In this document: positions 55,200-64,000 of the stretch, piece after piece
Position numbering within the stretch: position 1 is the stretch's first letter
Layout: each line of letters opens with the position of its first letter
Assembly (NCBI GenBank): GCA_964016885.1
Contig: OZ024742.1
Span: 204,476,001-204,540,000, forward strand
Direction of reading: 5' to 3'
Length of the DNA stretch: 64,000 nucleotides
Source: Eledone cirrhosa
Taxonomy: Eukaryota
Made by a program: the position numbers and the translations under genes
Notes under the pieces: generated by a model
Told to the model about the DNA's origin: nothing
Databases searched by the model: none
Seen by the model: only the letters and a program-made list of their open reading frames with translations

Positions 55200-58100
55200 T
55201 GGTGTAATGACTGTTATGTATTGGTGTACTGTCACTGACTGGTGTAATGACTGTTATGTATTGGTGTACTGTCACTGGTGTAATGACTGTTATGTATTGG
55301 TGTTCTGTCACTGGTGTAATGACTGTTATGTATTGGTGTACTGTCACTGACTGGTGTAATGACTGTTATGTATTGGTGTACTGTCACTGACTGGTGTAAT
55401 GACTGTTATGTATTGGTGTACTGTCACTGACTGGTGTAATGACTGTTATGTATTGGTGTACTGTCTCTGGTGTAATGACTGTTATGTATTGGTGTACTGT
55501 CACTGGTGTAATGACTGTTATGTATTGGTGTACTGTCACTGGTGTAATGACTGTTATGTATTGGTGTACTGTCACCGACTCATGTAATGACTGTTATGTA
55601 TTGGTGTACTGTCACTGACTGGTGTAATGACTGTTATGTATTGGTGTACTGTCACTGACTGGTGTAATGACTGTTATATATTGGTGTACTGTCACTGGTG
55701 TAATGACTGTTATGTATTGGTGTACTGTCACTGGTTTAATGACTGTTATGTATTGGTGTACTGTCACTGGTGTAATGACTGTTATGTATTGGTGTACTGT
55801 CACTGACTGGTGTAATGACTGTTATGTATTAGTGTACTGTCACTGGTGTAATAACTGTTATGTTTTGGTGTACTGTCTCTGGTGTAATGACTGTTATATA
55901 TTGGTGTACTGTCACTGACTGGCGTAACGACTGTTATATATTGGTGTACTGTCACTGACTGGTGTAATGGCAGTTATGTATTGGTGTACTGTCTCTGGTG
56001 TAATGGCTGTTATGTATTGGTGTACTGTCACTGGTGTAATGACTGTTATGTATTGGTGTACTTTCACTGGTGTAATGACTGTTATGTATTGGTGTACTGT
56101 CACTGGTGTAATGAGTGTTATGTATTGGTGTACTGTCACTGACTGTTGTAATGACTGTTATGTATTGGTGTACTGTCTCTGGTGTAATGACTGTTATGTA
56201 TTGGTGTACTGTCTCTGGTGTAATGACTGTGATGTATTGGTGTACTGTCACTGACTGGTGTAATGACTGTTATATATTGGTGTACCGTCACTGGTGTAAT
56301 GACTGTTATGTATTGGTGTACTGTCACTGACTGGTGTAATGACTGTTATGTATTGGTGTACTGTCACTGACTGGTGTAATGACTGTTATGTATTGGTGTA
56401 CTGTCACTGACTGGTGTAATGACTGTTATGTATTGGTGTACTGTCACTGACTGGTGTAATGACTGTTATATATTGGTGTACTGTCTCTGGTGTAATGACT
56501 GTTATGTATTGGTGTACTGTCTCTGGTGTAATGACTGTTATATATTGGTGTACTGTCTCTGGTGTAATGACTGTTACGTTTTGGTGTACTGTCACTGGTG
56601 TAATGACTGTTATGTATTGGTGTACTGTCACTGGTGTAATGACTGGTATGTATTGGTGTACTGTCACTGACTGGTGTAATGACTGTTATGTATTGGTGTA
56701 CTGTCACTGGTGTAATGACTGTTATGCATTGGTGTACTGTCACTGACTGGTGCAATGACTGTTATGTATTGGTGTACTGTCACTGGTGTAATGACTGTTA
56801 TGTATTGGTGTACTGTCACTGGTGTAATGACTGTTATGTATTGGTGTACTGTCACTGGTGTAATGACTGTTCTGTATTGGTGTACTGTCACTGACTGGTG
56901 TAATGACTGTTATGTATTGGTGTACTGTCACTGGTGTAATCACTGTTATGTATTGGTGTACTGTCTCTGGTGTAATGACTGTTATGTATTGGTGTATTGT
57001 CTCTGGTGTAATGACTGTTATGTATTGGTGTACTGTCACTGACTGGTGTAATGACTGTTATGTATTGGTGTACTGTCACTGGTGTAATGACTGTTATGTA
57101 TTGGTGTTCTGTCACTGGTGTAATGACTGTTATGTATTGGTGTACTGTCACTGACTGGTGTAATGACTGTTATGTATTGGTGTACTGTCACTGACTGGTG
57201 TAATAACTGTTATGTATTGGTGTACTGTCACTGACTGGTGTAATGACTGTTATGTATTGGTGTACTGTCTCTGGTGTAATGACTGTTATGTATTGGTGTA
57301 CTGTCACTGGTGTAATGACTGTTATGTATTGGTGTACTGTCACTGGTTTAATGACTGTTATGTATTGGTGTACTGTCACTGGTGTAATGACTGTTATGTA
57401 TTGGTGTACTGACACTGACTGGTGTAATGACTGTTATATATTGGTGTACTGTCTCTGGTGTAATGACTGTTATGTATTGGTGTACTGTCACTGGTGTAAT
57501 GACTTTTATATATTGGTGTACTGTCACTGGTGTAATGACTGTTATGTATTGGTGTACTGTCACTGACTGGTGTAATGACTGTTATGTATTGGTGTACTGT
57601 CTCTGGTGTAATGACTGTTATATATTCGTGTACTGTCTCTGGTATAATGTCTGTTATGTTTTGGTGTACTGTCACTGGTGTAATGACTGTTATGTATTGG
57701 TGTACTGTCACTGGTGTAATGACTGTTATGTATTAGTGTACTGTCACTGGTGTAATGACTGTTATGTATTGGTGTACTGTCACTGACTGGTGTAATGACT
57801 GTTATGTATTGGTGTACTGTCACTGGTGTAATGACTGTTATGTATTGGTGTACTGTCACTGGTGTAATGACTGTTATGCATTGGTGTACTGTCACTGACT
57901 GGTGCAATGACTGTTATGTATTGGTGTACTGTCACTGGTGTAATGACTGTTATGTATTGGTGTACTGTCTCTGGTGTAATGACTGTTATGTATTGGTGTA
58001 CTGTCACTGGTGTAATGACTGTTATGTGTTGGTGTACTGTCACTGGTGTAATGACTGTTCTGTATTGGTGTACTGTCAATGACAGGTGTAATGACTGTTA

Positions 58101-58500
58101 TGTATTGGTGTACTGTCACTGGTGTAATCACTGTTATGTATTGGTGTACTGTCTCTGGTGTAATGACTGTTATGTATTGGTGTATTGTCTCTGGTGTAAT
58201 GACTGTTATGTATTGGTGTACTGTCACTGACTGGTGTAATGACTGTTATGTATTGGTGTACTGTCACTGGTGTAATGACTGTTATGTATTGGTGTTCTGT
58301 CACTGGTGTAATGACTGTTATGTATTGGTGTACTGTCACTGACTGGTGTAATGACTGTTATGTATTGGTGTACTGTCACTGACTGGTGTAATGACTGTTA
58401 TGTATTGGTGCACTGTCACTGACTGGTGTAATGACTGTTATGTATTGGTGTACTGTCTCTGGTGTAATGACTGTTATGTATTGGTGTACTGTCACTGGTG
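55200..58500 (+). repeat. Third, slightly shortened copy of the ~36.5-39.9 kb / ~49.3-52.7 kb segment
   Basis: Markers ccgactcatg, ggcgtaacg, gttacgtttt, gacactgac, attcgtg and tgtcaatgacagg occur in the same order. The offset to the 36-39 kb copy falls from 18671 (36713/55384) to 18563 (38625/57188), a loss of 3 x 36 bp. Confidence 0.88.
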
Positions 58501-61500
58501 TAATGACTGTTATATATTGGTGTACTGTCACTGGTTTAATGACTGTTATGTATTGGTGTACTGTCACTGGTGTAATGACTGTTATGTATTGGTGTACTGT
58601 CACTGGTGTAATAACTGTTATGTTTTGGTGTACTGTCTCTGGTGTAATGACTGTTATATATTGGTGTACTGTCACTGACTGGTGTAATGACTGTTATATA
58701 TTGGTGTACTGTCACTGACTGGTGTAATGACAGTTATGTATTGGTGTATTGTCACTGGTGTAATGACTGTTATGTATTGGTGTACTGTCACTGGTGTAAT
58801 GACTGTTATGTATTGGTGTACTTTCACTGGTGTAATGACTGTTATGTATTGGTGTACTGTCACTGGTGTAATGACTGTTATGTATTGGTGTACTGTCACT
58901 GACTGTTGTAATGACTGTTATGTATTGGTGTACTGTCTCTGGTGTAATGACTGTTATGTATTGGTGTACTGTCTCTGGTGTAATGACTGTGATGTATTGG
59001 TGTACTGTCACTGACTGGTGTAATGACTGTTATATATTGGTGTACCGTCACTGGTGTAATGACTGTTATGTATTGGTCACTGTCTCTGGTGTAATGACTG
59101 TTATGTATTGGTGTACTGTCACTGACTGGTGTAATGACTGTTATGTATTGGTGTACTGTTACTGACTGGTGTAATGACTGTTATGTATTGGTGTACTGTC
59201 ACTGACTGGTGTAATGACTGTTATGTATTGGTGTACTGTCACTGACTGGTGTAATGACTGTTATATATTGGTGTACTGTCTCTGGTGTAATGACTGTTAT
59301 GTATTGGTGTACTGTCACTGGTGTAATGACTGTTATATATTGGTGTACTGTCACTGGTGTAATGACTGTTATGTATTGGTGTACTGTCTCTGGTGTAATG
59401 ACTGTTATATATTGGTGTACTGTCTCTGGTGTAATGACTGTTATGTTTTGGTGTACTGTCACTGACTGGTGTAATGACTGTTATGTATTGGTGTACTGTC
59501 ACTGGTGTAATGACTGGTATGTATTGGTGTACTGTCACTGGTGTAATGACTGTTATGTATTGGTGTACTGTCACTAGTGTAATGACTGTTATGTATTGGT
59601 GTACTGTCACTGGTGTAATGACTGTTATGTATTGGTGTACTGTCACTGGTGTAATGACTGTTATGTATTGGTGTACTGTCACTGGTGTAATGACTGTTAT
59701 GTATTGGTGTACTGTCACTGGTGTAATGACTGTTATGTATTGGTGTACTGTCACTGACTGGTGTAATGACTGTTATGTATTGGTGTACTGTCACTGGTGT
59801 AATCACTGTTATGTATTGGTGTACTGTCTCTGGTGTAATGACTGTTATGTATTGGTGTATTGTCTCTGGTGTAATGACTGTTATGTATTGGTGTACTGTC
59901 ACTGACTGGTGTAATGACTGTTATGTATTGGTGTACTGTCACTGGTGTAATGACTGTTATGTATTGGTGTACTGTCACTGACTGGTGTAATGACAGTTAT
60001 GTATTGGTGTACTGTCACTGGTGTAATGACTGTTATGTTTGGTGTACTGTCACTGGTGTAATGACTGTTATGTATTGGTGTACTGTCACTGACTGGTGTA
60101 ATGACTGTTATGTATTGGTGTATTGTCTCTGGTATAATGACTGTTATGTATTGGTGTACTGTCACTGACTGGTGTAATGACTGTTATATATTAGTGTACT
60201 GTCACTGGTGTAATGACTGTTATGTATTGGTGTACTGTCACTGGTGTAATGACTGTTATGTATTGGTGTACTGTCACTGGTGTAATGACTGTTATGTATT
60301 GGTGTACTGTCTCTGGTGTAATGACTGTGATGTATTGGTGTACTCTCACTGACTGATGTAATGACTGTTATGTATTGGTGTACTGTCTCTGACTGGTGTA
60401 ATGACTGTTATGTATTGGTGTACTGTCACTGGTGTAATGACTTTTATATATTGGTGTACTCTCACTGACTGGTGTAATGACTGTTATGTATTGGTGTACT
60501 GTCACTGACTGGTGTAATGACTGTTATGTATTGGTGCACTGTCACTGACTGGTGTAATGACTGTTATGTATTGGTGTACTGTCTCTGGTGTAATGACTGT
60601 TATGTATTGGTGTACTGTCACTGGTGTAATGACTGTTATGTATTGGTGTACTGTCACTGGTTTAATGACTGTTATGTATTGGTGTACTGTCACTGGTGTA
60701 ATGACTGTTATGTATTGGTGTACTGACACTGACTGGTGTAATGACTGTTATGTACTGGTGTACTGTCACTGGTGTAATAACTGTTATGTTTTGGTGTACT
60801 GTCTCTGGTGTAATGACTGTTATATATTGGTGTACTGTCACTGACTGGTGTAATGACTGTTATATATTGGTGTACTGTCACTGACTGGTGTAATGACTGT
60901 TATATATTGGTGTACTGTCACTGACTGGTGTAATGACAGTTATGTATTGGTGTATTGTCACTGGTGTAATGACTGTTATGTATTGGTGTACTGTCACTGG
61001 TGTAATGACTGTTATGTATTGGTGTACTTTCACTGGTGTAATGACTGTTATGTATTGGTGTACTGTCACTGGTGTAATGACTGTTATGTATTGGTGTACT
61101 GTCACTGACTGTTGTAATGACTGTTATGTATTGGTGTACTGTCTCTGTTGTAATGACTGTTATGTATTGGTGTACTGTCTCTGGTGTAATGACTGTGATG
61201 TATTGGTGTACTGTCACTGACTGGTGTAATGACTGTTATATATTGGTGTACCGTCACTGGTGTAATGACTGTTATGTATTGGTGTACTGTCACTGGTGTA
61301 ATGACTGTTATATATTGGTGTACTGTCACTGGTGTAATGACTGTTATGTATTGGTGTACTGTCACTGACTGATGTAATGACTGTTATGTATTGGTGTACT
61401 GTCTCTGGTGTAATGACTGTTATATATTGGTGTACTGTCTCTGGTGTAATGACTGTTATGTATTGGTGTACTGTCACTGGTGTAATGACAGTTATGCATT

Positions 61501-64000
61501 GTTGTACTGTCACTGACTGGTGCAATGACTGTTATGTATTGGTGTACTCTCACTGGTGTAATGACTGTTATGTATTGGTGTACTGTCACTGGTGTAATGA
61601 CTGTTATGTATTGGTGTACTGTCACTGGTGTAATGACTGTTATGTATTGGTGTACTGTCACTGGTGTAATGACTGTTATGTATTGGTGTACTGTCACTGG
61701 TGTAATGACTGTTATGTATTGGTGTACTGTCACTGACTGGTGTAATGACTGTTATGTATTGGTGTACTGTTACTGGTGTAATCACTGTTATGTATTGGTG
61801 TACTCTCTCTGGTGTAATGACTGTTATGTATTGGTGTATTGTCTCTGGTGTAATGACTGTTATGTATTGGTGTACTGTCACTGACTGGTGTAATGACTGT
61901 TATGTATTGGTGTACTGTCACTGGTGTAATGACTGTTATGTATTGGTGTACTGTCACTGACTGGTGTAATGACTGTTATGTATTGGTGTACTGTCACTGG
62001 TGTAATGACTGTTATGTTTGGTGTACTGTCACTGGTGTAATGACTGTTATGTATTGGTGTACTGTCACTGACTGGTGTAATGACTGTGATGTATTGGTGT
62101 ACTCTCACTGACTGATGTAATGACTGTTATGTATTGGTGTACTGTCTCTGACTGGTGTAATGACTGTTATGTATTGGTGTACTGTCACTGGTGTAATGAC
62201 TTTTATATATTGGTGTACTCTCACTGACTGGTGTAATGACTGTTATGTATTGGTGTACTGTCACTGACTGGTGTAATGACTGTTATGTATTGGTGCACTG
62301 TCACTGACTGGTGTAATGACTGTTATGTATTGGTGTACTGTCTCTGGTGTAATGACTGTTATGTATTGGTGTACTGTCACTGGTGTAATGACTGTTATGT
62401 ATTGGTGTACTGTCACTGGTTTAATGACTGTTATGTATTGGTGTACTGTCACTGGTGTAATGACTGTTATGTATTGGTATACTGACACTGACTGGTGTAA
62501 TGACTGTTATGTACTGGTGTACTGTCACTGGTGTAATAACTGTTATGTTTTGGTGTACTGTCTCTGGTGTAATGACTGTTATATATTGGTGTACTGTCAC
62601 TGACTGGTGTAATGACTGTTATATATTGGTGTACTGTCACTGACTGGTGTAATGACAGTTATGTATTGGTGTATTGTCACTGGTGTACTGACTGTTATGT
62701 ATTGGTGTACTGTCACTGGTGTAATGACTGTTATGTATTGGTGTACTGTCACTGGTGTAATGACTGTTATGTATTGGTGTACTGTCACTGGTGTAATGAC
62801 TGTTATGTATTGGTGTACTGTCACTGGTGTAATGACTGTTATGTATTGGTGTACTGTCACTGACTGTTGTAATGACTGTTATGTATTGGTGTACTGTCTC
62901 TGTTGTAATGACTGTTATGTATTGGTGTACTGTCTCTGGTGTAATGACTGTGATGTATTGGTGTATTGTCACTGACTGGTGTAATGACTGTTATATATTG
63001 GTGTACCGTCACTGGTGTAATGACTGTTATGTATTGGTGTACTGTCACTGGTGTAATGACTGTTATATATTGGTGTACTGTCACTGGTGTAATGACTGTT
63101 ATGTATTGGTGTACTGTCACTGGTGTAATGACTGTTATGTATTGGTGTACTGTCACTGGTGTAATGACTGTTATGTATTGGTGTACTGTCACTGACTGGT
63201 GTAATGACTGTTATGTATTGGTGTACTGTCACTGGTGTAATCACTGTTATGTATTGGTGTACTGTCTCTGGTGTAATGACTGTTATGTATTGGTGTATTG
63301 TCTCTGGTGTAATGACTGTTATGTATTGGTGTACTGTCACTGACTGGTGTAATGACTGTTATGTATTGGTGTACTGTCACTGGTGTAATGACTGTTATGT
63401 ATTGGTGTACTGTCACTGACTGGTGTAATGACTGTTATGTATTGGTGTACTGTCACTGGTGTAATGACTGTTATGTTTGGTGTACTGTCACTGGTGTAAT
63501 GACTGTTATGTATTGGTGTACTGTCACTGACTGGTGTAATGACTGTGATGTATTGGTGTACTGTCTCTGACTGGTGTAATGACTGTTATGTATTGGTGTA
63601 CTGTCACTGGTGTAATGACTTTTATATATTGGTGTACTCTCACTGACTGGTGTAATGACTGTTATGTATTGGTGTACTGTCACTGACTGGTGTAATGACT
63701 GTTATGTATTGGTGCACTGTCACTGACTGGTGTAATGACTGTTATGTATTGGTGTACTGTCTCTGGTGTAATGACTGTTATGTATTGGTGTACTGTCACT
63801 GGTGTAATGACTGTTATGTATTGGTGTACTGTCACTGGTTTAATGACTGTTATGTATTGGTGTACTGTCACTGGTGTAATGACTGTTATGTATTGGTGTA
63901 CTGACACTGACTGGTGTAATGACTGTTATGTACTGGTGTACTGTCACTGGTGTAATAACTGTTATGTTTTGGTGTACTGTCTCTGGTGTAATGACTGTTA
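58370..64000 (+). repeat. Series of related, progressively shorter higher-order units (starts near 58.4, 60.5, 62.26 and 63.7 kb)
   Basis: The marker ggtgcactg and the ORFs at 58376/60502/62261/63680 are spaced 2126, 1759 and 1419 bp. The 1-bp deletion gttatgtttggtg is shared at ~54495, ~60033, ~62011 and ~63470. Confidence 0.82.

Larger units (their letters stand above)
1..64000 (+). repeat. Tandem satellite array of 36-bp (GGTGTAATGACTGTTATGTATTGGTGTACTGTCACT) and 40-bp (+GACT) monomers, about 1,700 units, extending beyond both window ends
   Basis: Read directly: every line consists of this monomer with scattered substitutions and rare 1-2 bp indels. Consensus 36-mer composition is T15 G10 A7 C4 (39% GC) with no CpG. 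No inverted units or non-repeat insertions were seen. Confidence 0.99.

Noticed and set aside
461-63907. Hundreds of ORFs encoding 12-aa repeats (VTVHQYITVITP, SDSTPIHNSHYT, MTVMYWCTVTGV, WCNDCYVLVYCH)
   Set aside because: These are translations of the 36-bp monomer. They overlap on both strands and in several frames, shift frame at every 40-mer, have no unique N- or C-terminal domains, and show no sign of codon-position constraint. Many begin at alternative starts.
1-64000. CRISPR array (36-bp repeat length is CRISPR-like)
   Set aside because: Repeats are directly adjacent with no unique spacers (only 0 or 4 fixed bases), and there is no leader or cas gene.
1-64000. Programmed frameshift, phase-variation or antigenic-variation cassette system based on 36/40 switching
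   Set aside because: There is no promoter, expression locus, recombinase or unique coding anchor in the window. The pattern is fully explained by satellite turnover.
1-64000. Active telomerase-synthesised telomere tract
   Set aside because: Private variants are inherited in multi-kb duplicated blocks, which implies recombinational copying rather than templated addition. There are no G3+ runs in the consensus and no canonical telomere motif.
1-64000. Hidden transposon, tRNA, rRNA or inversion within the array
   Set aside because: None seen on reading through. All sequence conforms to the monomer in one orientation, although a very short insertion could have been missed by eye.
1-64000. Rolling-circle or MDA concatemer, or purely synthetic artefact
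   Set aside because: Hierarchical, shared and diverging variants with whole-monomer indels indicate an evolved genomic array. Individual duplications could still be assembly errors.

Overview
The whole 64 kb window is one uninterrupted head-to-tail tandem satellite array. Its consensus monomer is GGTGTAATGACTGTTATGTATTGGTGTACTGTCACT (36 bp). An interspersed 40-bp form differs only by a duplicated ACTG (…GTCACTGACT). That gives roughly 1,700 monomers (64,000 / ~38 bp, estimated), all in the same orientation. I see no unique sequence, credible gene, RNA gene, mobile element or CRISPR spacer. Every ORF in the track is an artefact: the 36-bp unit is a multiple of 3 and stop-free in some frames, and 40-bp units shift the frame. 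The informative structure lies in the variant pattern. There is a 36/40 binary code, a local 120-bp trimer, and a recurrent ~2.2-2.3 kb older period. There are also nested, near-identical block duplications with offsets of 5556, 3069, 4787, 3692, 9012 and 12704-12780 bp, and two variant domains that change over at about 17.6-20 kb. This looks like eukaryotic heterochromatic, centromeric or subtelomeric satellite, but the organism and family cannot be determined from sequence alone. I found no convincing new biological system. The most interesting points concern satellite evolution and possible protein-binding or telomere-like motifs, and these are hypotheses. Block boundaries are approximate (about 1-3 monomers).
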